Below are positions 1-13,641 of a stretch of DNA of 64,000 nt, one piece after another. Position numbers and translations under genes: made by a program. Origin of the DNA: Cenococcum geophilum (lineage: Eukaryota). Where the stretch lies: assembly GCA_050273025.1 (NCBI GenBank), contig CP158635.1:4588001-4652000 (forward strand), written 5' to 3'. Below the pieces are notes generated by a model that was not told the DNA's origin, made no database searches, and saw only the letters and a program-made list of their open reading frames with translations. Numbering within the stretch: position 1 is the first letter of the stretch; each line of letters starts with the position of its first letter.

Positions 1-2238
1 CAGGGCACACTTTGCCGTAGGCTACTACCCGCGACTTAGAAGATCTATAACGACGGTTATTCTACGTAAAGAAGATAAAGTAGATTACTTAATCCTAGGA
101 AGCTACCGCCCTATTACCTTAAAAAACACCCTTAGTAAGATTTTAAAAAAGGTAATAGTGGACTATATAGTAGATACGGCTAAGAAATATAACCTATTAC
201 TATAAAGCTAAATAGGGGCAAGAAAGAACCGCTTAACACTATTAACACTTACGCTACTCGCTACTACTATTAAATCCGCATAGGCGATATAAAGGGACTT
301 TATAGTATTAATACTTAGCCTAAATATTAGCGGCGCTTACAATAATATACCCTATAAGCGTCTCCTATATATTATTAGGGCAAAAGGCTTCCTAAAATAG
401 ATTATATAATTTATTTAAGGGTTTATAGGTTAAAAAGAAATATTATTAGTCTTTAGCGGATATCAGAGCCCCTATATTATAGTTACAACAGGAATACTAT
501 AAGGATTACCCCTCTTACCTATACTCTTCCTTTTCTTTATAAGTAACCTACTTAACTTCTTTAAAAAAGGGGCGACCTAGGGGATAGGCTTTATTAATAA
601 TATAAACCTAATTATATACGGGCTAATAGCCGCAAAGAATTATAGAATACAAAAAAAGCTTATAATACCTATATAAAATAGGTAAGACAATATAGAGTCT
701 AATTCTCACTAGAGATATACTAGCTAATTTACTTTATAAGAAAATATAACTAATCTATAGATCTCTAGCATATAATTTATATCTAAGGCTTTAGGGGTTA
801 ACCAGTTTAGGGCCTAAGGGTATTAGGAGTATAGGTAGATAATAAGCTCTAGTAGAGCGCTTATACGGCGCAAGCGGCCTATAAGGGCTAAGTATAGTAT
901 ATCGCATTATCTAGGATTATTAATTCTATATAGGGTCTATGCTTTTAGAGGTTACGCCTACTATATATAGCAGTTGTCTAGCCAACCATAATATATAGGT
1001 CCAGTATTTAGGCCATAGGAGAATCTAAGAAAGGCCCCCTTAAATCGCTCCTTAAACTACTCTAAAAGGTTAAAATAGCCTACTTTTAGAGTATAATAGG
1101 CGGATATAAGCGAACGGCTACAGTACTGCTTAAAAAGGAAGCTAATATTCCCCCCCTATATCTATATATTAAAGCCGCTGTAATATAAAAGGCGTAAAAT
1201 AAATATAACTTTAATATTATAAAGTATATTAAGACACGCCTAAATAAACTATAGAGGGACCTTAGGGCGCCCTATAGGAGAATAAACTAATAACCCTAAA
1301 GTAGGGAAAATATATTAGAGAAATAGGTAAAGAAAGTAGAAGAAGAATAGTGCTACTTTAGGGCCTAGGCCTATATAGAGGAGAAAGGGAGACGCGTAAG
1401 AGGCTAGTAAAGATAATAGTAAGAGAGAGAAAGGAGCTAAAGTAGAGTATAAAAGAATGCTAGGAAACTATCTACCGTAATATAATACTGGCTAAACTAA
1501 CGCTAGAGAGGTGTATAGGAGTTAAAGGTATAGAGGCTAACTAAGGTAAGAGGAATCTAAGCTATAGCATAGTTAACGCTATAGGGGGTAAATACTTTAG
1601 GGCTCCGAGAAGGCCTAATAAAGGCAGAAAATATAATAGTAATACTCTTAAGAATAGGAATAATAGGACTAAAAAACTAGCTCTACTAGGTGGGTATTCT
1701 AGTAAGTAGCCTAAGATGTAAATATAGCTGGCTAAGATAGATACCAAAATATATAATACTATTATACCCCTTACACACTAACTAAGAAGTAATACTCTTA
1801 GTAGCTAGTATAGAGAACTATAATACACTACTCTTAATATAAAAAGGCCTTAAGGCGGTTACCTAGTAGCTTATTAGCTAAAATATATTAAGCTAGTTTT
1901 GGGTTATAAAGAAAATAGTAATAGAGGGTGGGGGGGTAAGTAATAGGCGCCCCCTAATAACTCTATAGTGGTAGAGTAAGGTTTATAATACTAGCGCGTC
2001 CGTAGGCTTATTACGGCAGCAGTGGTTCCTAAGAAGGTTAAAAAGTAAGGTAGTAAAGCACTATAAGTGACTTATAGGCGCCGCGTAGGCGCCTTATAGG
2101 CGAGTCCTAAAAGGCGGGGAGATAGATTACGGGGTTTTCTTAAATAGAGTTTTCTCCCCATATATATATAAGGAGTAGTCCGCGTGGGCCCAATAAGGAT
2201 CCAAATTAGACGTTAAGTAATGAATAATAATAATAATA
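1..2238 (+). mobile_element. Tad1-like LINE, 3' part (RT, C-terminal Cys/His finger, 3' UTR, (TAA)n tail), RIP-degenerate; runs off the window start
   Basis: De-RIP motifs GIPQGSPLSPILFLFF (~491-540), GFIDDTNL (~587-610) and CxCGWPRQTPKHVILLCP (~1717-1770). Ends in AATAATAATAATAAT at ~2223-2238. Reverse-complement match to 2930-5154. Confidence 0.9.
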
Positions 2239-2915
2239 TATATCTGCATAACTTTATTAATAAATTTATCCAAGCTTAAAAATATATACCATGCTTCTAA
2301 GTTAGTAGTTATTAACCTATTAGCTTATATCTCTATAAGATAGGTTTAAACTACTCTAATATCTAACCTGTTAAGATTAACTTTATATATACTACTTAGT
2401 TAATTAGTTCCGCTAGTTTGCTTCTTTTTTATTAAATCTTTAATCGTATCTATATAAGGAATCCTTTTAGCCTATTCTTTTCTCCTATAAACCCTCTAAT
2501 TAATAGTATCTTAATCTTTTCTCTTTTTATATCTAATAATTATTTAACTAGCACTAAATAATTATTATCTGCCTAAGCTATAAAGTCTTTAAGTTATATA
2601 CTATTACAACTACTTAAGAGTTATTATCCTATATACTAGTATCTCCTCCTAACCCTAAGGTAGTTACTACCGTAAATAGCGTTATAACTAGTTATTTTTA
2701 CGCTTTAGGTAATATCTTATTAACTAACTTTTACTATAACTATAGCAGTAAATATATAACGAAGCCTTACAGTAAATACTATAATAGACTTGTTGATAGG
2801 CTAGATATATAAATAGAAATAATAATAAGATCTAACTATAGAGTAAGTGCCTAATAGATTAACTTTAATTATATTCTAAGATTTACAATAAAGAGAGAAC
2901 TATTTAGGTAAGGAC

Positions 2916-5900
2916 TAATAATAATAATTCATTGCTTAACGTCCGATTTGGATCCCTATTGGGCCTACGCGGACTACTCCTTATATATATATAGGGAGAA
3001 AACTCCATTTAAGAAAACCCCGTAATCTATTTCCCTACCTTTTAGGACTTACCTATAAGGCGCCTATAAGGCGCCTGCGAGTTACCTATAGTGCTCCTAC
3101 TACCTTACTTTTTAACCTCCTTAGGAACCACTACTGCCGTAATAAGCCTACGGACGCGCTAGTATCGCAAACTTTACTCTACTACTGTAGAGTTATTAGG
3201 GGGCGCCCGTTACTCACCCCCCTACTTTTTATTACTATTTCCCTTATAACCTAGAACTAGTTTAGTATATTTTAGCTAATAAGCTACTAGGTAACCGCCT
3301 TAAGGCCTTTTTATATTAAGAGTAGTGTATTATAGTTCTCTATACCAACTACTAAAAGTATTACTTTTTAGTTAGTACGTAAGGGGTATAACAGTATTAC
3401 GTGTTTTAGTGTCTGTCTTGGCTAGCTATATTTACATCTTAGGCTACCTACTAGGACACCCACCCGGTAGAGCCAGTCTTTTAGTCCTATTATTTCTATT
3501 CTTAAGAGTGTCGCTATTATATTTTCTGCCTTCGTTAGGCCTTTATAGAGCCCTAAAGTATTTACCCCCTATAGCGTTAACTATACTACAGCTTAGGTTC
3601 CTCTTGCCTTAGTTAGCCTCTGTACCTTTAACTTCTATATACCTCTCTAGCATTAGTCTAACCAGTATTATATTACAGTAGATGGTTTCCTAGTATTTTT
3701 TTTATGCTCTACTTTAGCTCCTTTCTCTCTCTTACTATTATCTTTACTAGCCTCTTACGCGTCTCCCTTCCTCCTCTATATAGGCCTAGGCCCTAAAGCA
3801 GCACTATTCTTCTTCTGCTTTCTTTACCTATTTCTCTAATATATCTTCCCTACTTTAGAGTTATTGGTTTATTCTCCTACGGGGCGCCCTAAGGTCCCTC
3901 TATAGTTTATTTAGGCGTATCTTAATATACTTTATAATATTAAAGTTATATTTATTTTAGGCCCTTTATATTGCAGCGGCTTTAATATATAGTTATAGGG
4001 GAGGAATATTAGCTTCCTTTTTAAGCAGTACTATAGCCGTTTGCTTATATCCGCCTATTATACTCTAAAGGTAGGCTGTTTAGACCTTTTAGAGTGGTTT
4101 AAGGAGTGACTTAGGGGGGCCTTTCTTAGATTCTCTAATGGCCTAAATACTGGACCTATACGTTATAGTTGGCCGGACAACTACTATATATAGTAGGCGT
4201 AACCTCTAAAAGTATAGGCCCTATATAAAATTGACGATCCTAGATAATATAATATACTGTACTTAGCCCTTACGGGCTACTTACGCCGCATATACGCTCC
4301 ACTAGAGCTTGCTGTTTACCTATACTCCTAATACCCTTAGGCCCTAAACTGGTTAACCCCTAGGGCCTTAGATGCGGATTATATACTAAAGATCTATAGA
4401 TTAGTTACGTTTTCTTATAAAATAGATTAGCTAGTATTTCTCTAGTAAGAATTGGACTCTATATCGTCTTGCCTATTCTATATAGGTATTATAAGCTTTC
4501 TCTAGCATTCTGCAATTCTCTACGGCTAATAGCCTATATATAATTAGGTTTATATTATTAACGAAGCCTATCCCCTAGGTCGCCCCTTCCTTAAAGAAGT
4601 TAAGTAGGTTACTTATAAAGAAAAGGAAGAGTATAGGCGAGAGGGGTAATCCTTATAGTATTCCTATTGTAACTATAATAGGGGGGCTCTAGTATCCGCT
4701 AAAGACTAGTAATATTTCTTTCTAACCTATAAACCCTTAGATAAATTATATAATCTATTCTAGGAAGCCTTTTGCCCTAAGGATGTATAGGAGACGCTTA
4801 TAGGGTATGTTGTCGTAGGCGCCACTAATATCTAGGCTAAGTATTAATACTATAAAGTCCCTTCGCATCGCCCATGTAGATTTAATGGTGATAGTAGGTA
4901 GCGTAAGTGCTAATAGTGTTAAGCGGTTTTTTCTTACCCTTATTTAGCTCTATAGTAGTAGGGCGTATTCCTTAGCCGTGTCTGCTATATAGTCCGCTAT
5001 TACCTTTTTTAAGATCTTACTAAGGGTGTTTTTTAAGGTAATAGGGCGGTAGCTTCCTAGGATTAAGTAATCTGCTTTACCTTCTTTTTATAGGATAACC
5101 GTTATTATAGATCTTCTAAGTCGTGGGTAGTAGCCTATTATAAAGTATACTCTGGCTATATCTATAAGCTAGGGTGCTATAAGTAGTCTATAGGTCTTTA
5201 AGGCCTTATTTGGAATCCTATTTGGACCTAGTACTATATTATTTAAAAGGCGGCTAATAGTTCTGGCCATTTCCTCTATTATTATATTGCTATTAACCCG
5301 TAGGCAAGTCACCGGTGCTTTACCCGTAATATTACTAAGGTCTACTAGAGCCAGTTAGGGGAAGAACCTCTCTATAAGGATCTTTACCTTCTTATTATTA
5401 TTATTAGTAGCCTATAATTCCCCTGCTCTTTATAGGGGTAGTAGGTATAAATTTTCTGCTAGTCGCCCTACCTTTTTCTTTACCTATTTTGCTATAGCCT
5501 ACAGGCCCTTATTATAGGGGAGGCTCGGGTTAAAAGTATGCTTATTTATAAATTGTCTCTAGTTATTCCTTATTTCTTTTTTTAGGGTATTCTTTAACTG
5601 GTTTCTTATATCTTTATATTGTCTCTTATCTTTAGGGTTATAGCTACTTAAGTATTTCCTTCTTACTTGTTGTTAGCTAGCTATAAAAACCGCGCATTAT
5701 ACGGACTATACATATTACGTATAGGGGCCTAGTTTTAAGACCAAGTAGTACTCTTCTAGCCTATTTTTAATCGCTACCTAGATCCTTTCTAGTCTTTAGT
5801 TAATTTCCTTAGGGGTGGCTAATAAGCCTCGCTTGTTTAGTATTAGGTGGATTTCTTCTAGGTCTTAGAGTTATTGTTCTACTATATTAAGGAAACTGTT

Positions 5901-8520
5901 TACCTTAAGCATCCTTATTACGTATCTTTTGCTATTTAGTTACGCCTTAATATCTAAATCTAGCTGTATCTAGATGGGGATATAGTCTAAGGTAAGTGCC
6001 TATTCTTCTTTGGGGTTGTACCTTTTAAGTCTCTAGTATAGGCCTTCGTCTATAAATGTAAGGTTAATTATACTTTTAGCAGGTCCTCGTTACCATATAA
6101 TTGCTCTAGGGGAAGTGGCTAGCTTAAGGCCCTAGGTGTCTATAGCTTTTAGTAGGTACTCTACCTATTATTTAGCAGCGATATAGATACCCCTCTACCA
6201 CGGGTGGTAGAGGTTTATATCTCCTAATAGGATAGACTCTATGCCTTTGGTTTTAAGTAGGCTTATTACTAATATAATATTCTCTATTTATAGGACCCCT
6301 TTAACCCTAGGGTTATATATATTAATAATTTGTACCAGTCCTCTATAATATCTAGATTGACTGCCTGCTATAACCATAAGGATAGGCTAATAGTTTTGCT
6401 AATTATAAAGCATACGCGTATGGCTGCTTTTAGTTTATATAGGAGCTAGAATCCTTAGGGGCAGTATATTAATTATATATAGGTATTATAATACGGCTCT
6501 TATATAGTAAGGATATAGTATTTATCTAGGTCTAGACTATCTAGTAAGGGCCTTGCAAGACGGTGGTTTGTGTTGCTACAGTTATACTATATAATGGATA
6601 GGTGGCGGACCCCCAGCGAGGGTCCTTCGCCTCTTTATTATTCCTCGCTTTTTCTATTTCTACTTTCTCTAGAATATTTAAAACTTCTATCTCTTATATC
6701 TGCACCCTAGTTACTACTTATTTTATATAGAGCTTTCTATTCCCGTATTTTATGTTCCTACTAGCGCTTTTATATCTAAATCTATTATTATCTTCGGTTC
6801 TTCCCCTATTCTTACTAGTTAGCTATATACCCTTTAAGAGTCGGCTATAAATGTTATATTTGCCGCGTTAAGTCTAATTCTTAATTATCCCGGTCTTAAG
6901 CTTACTGTAGCTGTCTATAAGGGTCTTCCTATAGGGCGTCCTCTCCCTTATGTCCCCTATAACCCTTATATCCCTATACAGTTTAGTAATATTACGCGGC
7001 GTCGCTTCTGGCCCGTTAAGGCTTAGGATAGCTGGCCTAGCCCCCTAGTATTAAAGGTAGGAAACGCTAGAAGGGCACCTGCGCCCCCCTAGCTTATCGC
7101 CTATTATTTCCATTTATATAACCTAGCGTGCAGTTATTCCCGCAGCTGTTAAGCCCTTACCTTTCGTCTCCTGTATTTAATACAGTCTTCTCTCTTCTAC
7201 GCCTTATATATACTTCGGTAGCAGTTTACGTATTTTATTTAGTCTTAATTTAAGTAGTGTCTTATATTATAGGGGCCTGTATAGTAGCCGTAGCATACCT
7301 ATACTGCGTATGTGGATTAGGTGTGCCCCTATTATACGCAGTAATAACATTATTCTAGGCGGAGTTTATGGTTATAGAGCCTTATATTGTATATAAGGCC
7401 ATTTATAATAATACCTTTTTAAATAAGGAGTTTTTGCATTCCTAGTGTATATATACTAATAATAAGGGAGCTATACATTTAACTGGCGTTTCCCTAGCGA
7501 GTCTCTAGCGGCCCTTATATTCTTTTATTATTCTTATTATATACTTAGTTTACATTTTCCTGTTAAAGCCATTAGATTTAGGTAATCTTAAGTCCTAGTA
7601 TAAGGCGTTCCATTTGTTTTACTATCTTATATATAGTTGCTGTATTATCCGCCTAGCGTTTCTTTTTTACCCTAAGGCTTAGGGGAACCGCTAGGACTTT
7701 AACTAGGTAATCTTTACGGAGCACTTTTATGCTAATACGTTCTCCTAGCCTATCCCCTACCCTAACGGCTCGTTCCTTTACCTATTGGTCCCTTAGGGTA
7801 ACTCTAATATCTCCGCTTCTAAGGTGTTAGACTATAACAGCGTTATAAACCTCTTTACGAATCTCCGTAAGGACTTCTATTTCTAATTATCCCCTAAGCC
7901 CCTCTGCTTTTTCTATATTTAGTTATATTATAATTATATACCCAGATATTGTCTTTAGGGGGGTAGGTTCCCTATGCTATAGACATACAGCTACGGCGGC
8001 CCAGGTGCGGTTCGCCGGTAAGGTAGGGTTTTATTTATTTTTAATTTTACTTAGCCGTTAGAGGATTTAATCAAGGGTTTGCTAGAGGGGCGCCTAAGGT
8101 TCGCTAGACTGGCGGAGCCATTCTACTAGCTGTATTAGTTCGTTATAGCTAATAGTTGCTCCCCCGTAACTACGGATACTAAACGCGTCTAATAGGCTTT
8201 ATATTTTATTAGATGCCTTCTTAATAGAGGTCTTTCCGCTTTATAGTGTAGTATTTACCCGTTCTTATTGTAGAGGGCTATTGCTAGGCGTAGTTCTGGT
8301 GGACGCGCGCGAGTATAAACCACCGTTATTTAACGTGTGCCTCCCCTGCGATATATGCATCTTAGGGGGATTCTCTAGGTGTTTTTTAGGGTTCTTTTGG
8401 TTGGTTTTAGTCTTTTTAGGCCAGGTGCAGCAAGAGCTCCTTTTTATTACTAATGACTTTACGAGTTTAGGTGAGGACTATAGTCCTTTAAAAACCTAAC
8501 AATACTTTTAAAAAACCCCT
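2916..8520 (-). mobile_element. Near full-length Tad1-like LINE of the same family (ORF1 gag with zinc knuckles; ORF2 APE endonuclease + RT), RIP-degenerate
   Basis: Minus strand: ORF1 knuckles CxxCxxxGHxxxxC and CxxCxGxH (~7260-7350), endonuclease motifs ILAIQEPY (~6490-6520) and GDxNLHHPWW (~6195-6230), RT mirrored by the copy at 1-2238. The 5' end is approximate. Confidence 0.88.
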
Positions 8521-9344
8521 TTATATATAATATACGAGTTATATATATAATACGCGGCCGTACTCTATATTCTTATTGTATAATATATATAAAGTTATAT
8601 AACTTCGCTTACTACTCGTTATATAGCTTTACTAGTTCTACTATAGCCCGTACTATACCTTATAGCCTATTTAGCTCGCTAAAAAGTATTTATAACATTT
8701 CTATTATAAGGTCTATAATAATTAAGTAGTTTAATTAACTATATTAACCCTAATAGAGCTTTAACTATACTCTAGTTAATAAGTTTAAATACTAATCTTA
8801 TTAGCTGTAAGCTAACTATAAAGATATAAAAGCTAGCTTCAATGTGTCCAACAGTTAGCTTAGTTACGAGCTTGAGGAAAATAGCTAACTGACTGCGTCA
8901 ATTGAATCGCTCGCTGTCCGCTCGCTATTAGGCAATGTAAGCTGACTATTAAGCTGTTAGCTAGCTGTCCCAATTAGGAAATTTGTATAGACTTTATGGT
9001 GTTTCATTTCGGATTTTTAGTAGCACCTCTCTATATACAAATATCAACATTGCCCGATTAAAATTCAGCCCTAATTTACCTAATATAGTATCTAAATATA
9101 GCCAAATTCGTCCCGCACCCGTAGAGGCTTAAAAGGTAAATAGAATAGTTAGTAGTAAGGACTCCGGAAGCTCTATTTCTATATTAGATTTAGTTAAATA
9201 TAAAGCTCTATTAAGTACCTTACTAAGCTAGCTTTTCTGCCTCTATAGTTGGCTTATAGCCAATAAGATTAATATTTAAGCTCGTTAACCAGGGTGTAGT
9301 TAAAGCTCTATTAGAGTTAATGCAGTCAATTAAACTGCTTAATA

Positions 9345-11830
9345 AAAGGCCTTTAATTAACTACCACTTCTGATATTAATTTGCTTTAATTATGTCGGCC
9401 AAAAGTCTATTACGCTTATTAGTAATAATCTTTTTAGCTTAACTAAAGGCTTATTCGTATATAGAGCTTATTACTAGTATAAAAAAATATATTAAGAGCA
9501 ATCTTAGCAAGCATTAGATAAAGAATTTAACTAATTTTAAGCCACTAGTGTGGTAGTGCAGATTGGACGTCGCCTACTATCTTGGCATTTTCCTATATTT
9601 ATAGAGCCTTCGGCTTCCTTCCTTCTTCCCCCTATCCTATATACATTACGACTCTACCAGTTACCGGAAATACACTCTTTTCTTTCTTTCTTACTGACTG
9701 TTCTACTAACTGATTACAACTAACTGACTGACTAACTGACTGACCGACTGACAGACAGACAGACAGATAGCACTGTGACTTTCCCATCTTAGAGAGGTCG
9801 TACCCTCCCACACTAGTTAAGAGGATTAGGAACGATATTATTTCGCTTATTACCGTTATTGGAACGGATCTTAATAAACTTAAGGCCTATATTATAGTAG
9901 TGGTTAAGCTTACTAGCCAGCTTAATACGCTTTTAATTACGCTTTAAGGAAGTAAGGCTCTTATCTATAACTAAGGACTATGCATATTTATTAGCTAAAT
10001 CGTTATTAGATTTATAAGGAACCTTTCTATATTATAGCTTAGCTAGTTCCTTATCTTCCTTATCTACTTACTTATTAATATAGTTATTAAATAAAGTCTC
10101 TATGCACCGCTTAGCGTACTTCTACTACTAGGGCCACCGTTTCCACTTATCGCGAAAGTAGGCGCGTTTAAGAGACGGATAAAGGATTACTACGGTAAAA
10201 TAGTAAGGGCTCTCGGCCTTTATTTTATTAAAGTATTTATTAATCTTTTCGATAGCTATATTAAGGAAGGAGTCGCATTTGTTCTTAAGGCTTAGCTAAG
10301 TCCGCTAGAGGATTTAATAGAGGAGCTCTATATTAGTAATTAACTCCTATAGAGCGCTATATAAGCCTTTAATGCTAGGACTGTTGGCGTTGCCTTTTAT
10401 ACGCTTAGTAGCTAATATAAAAGGCTTTAGGATCTTAATAAGCTGCTCTACCTATTACTAATCTTCGTTAGTAAGCGCGTCCTAAAATAGATTATAGCTA
10501 TTATTAGCGGGCTTCCTCTAAGCCAGTAGATATTTATTAATTACTTTATAAAAAAGTAATGCACGGCGGAGCATAAAGTAGGTAAAATTCCACTAAACGC
10601 CTCCGTCCTTAATAAGCAGAAGCTCTACTTAATTAAAAAAAATTGTCCTTAATATAGGCCTTAGTCTGGTTCTCAGTAAAGTCCTTATAGCGTTTATTAA
10701 TCGTATAATATATTTAACAATATTATAAAGCTTGCCTATAAAGCCTCACTGCCGTATAAGATCAAATTTAACGTAGTCGCTTGCGCCAATTATTAAGCGT
10801 TTAAGCTTGCTTACGCCTTTACTGTATATTAAAGCCTTAACAATAAGGTTAATAATATAGCCAATACACTAAAGCCGCTCCTTTTTGGCCACTAAGAGGC
10901 TTTATAAAAGGTAGTCGTAGAGCTTATTATTATTACTAGTGTTATCGGTTATTAAGGAGCCAAGCTTATAATTAAATTAATACTTTTAAATTACCGATAC
11001 TAGGGCTGTTACTATATTCTTAGTAGAGTGTAATTCTTATAGTCGCGGAAGGCCTAAAAGCACTAATTAAAGCCTTCTACCTTTATTAATAAAATAAGTC
11101 ACTATACTAAGTAATGACATTCCGTTTATAGATATCCAGATATTATAAGTAAGATTAATTTTACTAAGTGCGGTAAGGAGAAGGTCTTTAATATTAACGC
11201 GTCGCTATTTAAATGCGGTTTTAATCTAATTGCTTAGTAATATAGGCGCCTTTATAAGATAGTCTTGGATCTAAGGATGGTTAAATATTAGTAGAGTGCG
11301 TATAGAAGGACTTATAGCTTAACAAAAGGTAATATCTTATAGAATTGTCTAATTAATATAGGCTTAAACATAGCCAGCTGCCCAGAACGGCTAGCATTTA
11401 TAACTACCAGCGGAAGTAAAAGTAGAAGCTTCTGCGGCTAGTAGCTATATTCTACCACTATAACTTTTAGGGTTAATAGGAAGGTTGTACTTTAATTTTA
11501 AATGGCCATTAATATAATCGTTGCCGTTAATTATAAGTAAAGCACCTAGTCTTTAAGCTAGATAGTAGAGCTTATATAGCTAGAGCCTTTTTTACCCAAA
11601 GGGCTATTCTAAAAAAGGTCTACCCTATACTTCTATATTAGTAATATAGGAGCTTTACTTAATAGTAACCGCTTATTAGTAACTCGGTATCCATATTTAC
11701 TAGTAAGCTTACCGTATATTATTAGGTAGAGATTACCCTAATTAATAGGAAAGATATAGCCGTGTTCTAGTTACTAGAGAGCTTTACAATATAGAATTAT
11801 CTTAATCGCCCAATTTGATATTATCGTCAA
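9345..11830 (-). pseudogene. hAT transposase, RIP-inactivated and interrupted by a solo LTR
   Basis: De-RIP motifs SKIxLTYDIWxS (~11130-11165), TDNASNND (~10930-10950), RLRCIGHIINLIVKA (~10835-10880), RWNSTYFMLRRAL (~10560-10600) and dimerisation domain IPAMSSVCERAFS...RNRLSADIIEA (~9380-9485). Boundaries approximate. Confidence 0.85.
9549..9812. mobile_element. Solo LTR with 4-bp TSD CTAG
   Basis: TGTGGTAG...CTCCCACA flanked by CTAG on both sides. Contains (GACT/GACA)n and is similar to 44722-44969. Confidence 0.85.
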
Positions 11831-12317
11831 TTGGAAAAAAGGAGGAAGTAGTTAATCTATAAACCTTACGCGGTACTAGAGTTAAGTAACACGTAAATTA
11901 TAGATTTAATAAAGAAATAGAGGAAGAAATAGAGGAAGAAGCAGAGGAAGAAGCTCTACTGCCTAGTTAACGCGTAAAATGTAATATACGTTGTATTTTA
12001 TATAGGTAGTATAGGGGAACGGGCTCACGGCGCGCAGTAGAGATATTAGGGAAAATGCTTTATTTACTATGGCTAAGCAAGAGATTCCTATGGGTTTCTT
12101 ATTGCTTAGCGTATAATCTTAATCAAATATTTAAATATCCTCAACTTCTACTAAAAGCTTTAACTTACCACCAAATCTTACTACTAAGGCAGCGAGCTGT
12201 TAGCTAGCTGCAGTTTTATAGCTAACTACTGTCACAACTCTATAAGCTCGCTGACTGCTTACGTTATCAGCCTCTTGGCAGCAACGCTGACAGCGACGCT
12301 AACTCTTAGACATACTG

Positions 12318-12711
12318 ACTAGCTTAGTAAAATATATTTAATAGAACTTTATATTTAACTAAATCCAATATAAAAATAGAGCCTTTAAAGCCCTTACTAC
12401 TAACTATTCTACCTACTTTTTTAAGCCTCTATAGGTATGTAAAATAAATTTAGCCAAATCTAAATATTATATTAGGTAAACTAGGACTAAAATTTAATTA
12501 GGTAATTAATTTTTATATATAGAGATGCTACTAAAAATCCGCAATAAAATACTATAAAGTCTATACCACTTTCCTAATTGGGACAGCTAGCTGATAGCGT
12601 AATAGTTAGCGTACGTTATCCAACAGTCAGCTGACAGCGAGCGATCCAATTGACGCAGTCAGTCAACTATAAGGGTCAAGCTCGCAGTTAGGCTGACTGT
12701 TAGACACACTG
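12318..12711 (+). mobile_element. 3' terminus of an outer, related hAT copy (continues at ~8721-8839), split by the inner copy
   Basis: Diverged reverse complement of 8840-9232, ending in TTAGACACACTG. 8721-8839 is the reverse complement of 9225-9343. Confidence 0.85.
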
Positions 12712-12843
12712 TTCATTGGTACTTTGTGGCGCGTAGACGACGCATACACAGAACGTGTTCTACAGTTTCCATATCTTCAGATTGCCTGATATTCAGCAGT
12801 GGTCGTGGCGAAGTCCGTCAGCTCTGAGCTTAGAGATGCGTAC

Positions 12844-13641
12844 TCATTTGCCTACAGGTTGCGTTGTCATTAGCCCTTTGTGTTCATTTCGGATAATGTA
12901 ATATGCAGACGGCGTCCCTACTCCCATTGCAGCTTGTGCGGCATCCTTTGTCCGATATCCTGAAAAATTTATCACGGTCTCATTATCTTCCCTTGAAGCG
13001 GCAATCGTCATGAACTCAGGGCGATTTTCTTCTCGGGTTATCGCTAGATACCGGGCGAATGATGCAGCAAGCTCTCCTTGCCTGCTAGTGGGTACTTTCA
13101 AGATCGAAACCACATAGCACCCAGCTTTCGGAGTCAGCGCTGCCCCAGGCAGTATCATATGGTAGCTAGCTATCTATCAGCGCAATCTACATGGATGATT
13201 TATGAACATACCATGTAAAGCTAGAGTCATTGGCATCCACCAGCTCAGCAAATAGTGGCTTCATTGATTGGTATGCTTCGGCTTTTAAAGATTAGCTCTG
13301 ACTGTGGCCTGCAGGGATTTGTCCAAACGTTTATGCTTGTCTAGGTTCTCGTACTAGGTTCGATAACATCTTTCTCTTCAGCAGAGGTCCAGTCCACTAT
13401 GGTCACAGACATGCGTTCGCCTGAGCCCATCTCACCCGCTAGAATCTGTCGTAATACCGAGAGCTGGGAGAAGATTCTCGTGATACTGTCAAAAGTTTCT
13501 TTAAACTAATGGAGGCGGATTGCTTTAGCTAGGGTAATCCTAGAAAGGATCAAGACAGTTTACCCTACTATCTAGAGTTTGGCTTCGTCGGAATGTGGCA
13601 ATCTCCAGAAGGCGGCCAGGTCCATCGACCTTTGGAAACAT
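12844..13641 (-). CDS. 206-aa hypothetical protein, probably a dimeric alpha/beta-barrel (ABM/Dabb-like) fold; 4 exons
   Basis: Exons 13641-13564, 13505-13355, 13281-13212 and 13165-12844 join in frame (621 nt). GT-AG introns of 58, 73 and 46 nt with branch-like CTAA/CTGA. Sequence MFPKVDGPGRLLEIATFRR...VTIVDWTSAEEKDVIEPTEAYQSMKPLF...VINFSGYRTKDAAQAA. The fold is inferred from the repeated (W/Y)x(S/T)x(E/D) pattern. Confidence 0.75.

Larger units (their letters stand above)
8840..12317 (-). mobile_element. hAT DNA transposon (inner copy) with 8-bp TSD
   Basis: Termini CAATGTGTCCAA (8840) and TTAGACATACTG (12317). Flanks GCTAGCTT (8832-8839) and ACTAGCTT (12318-12325) form an 8-bp TSD with one G>A change. 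Confidence 0.88.

Noticed and set aside
2240..2915. Spacer between the LINEs as a gene
   Set aside because: Heavily RIP-like with no motif I could recognise; left uncalled.
1562..3612. Two near-identical hydrophobic small ORFs (1562-1747 minus, 3409-3612 plus) resembling a membrane peptide pair
   Set aside because: Antisense shadows of LINE ORF2 in the two inverted copies.
8840..12711. Single element with ~390-bp TIRs
   Set aside because: No TSD at those limits. The TSD and a terminal motif at 12317 support a nested insertion.
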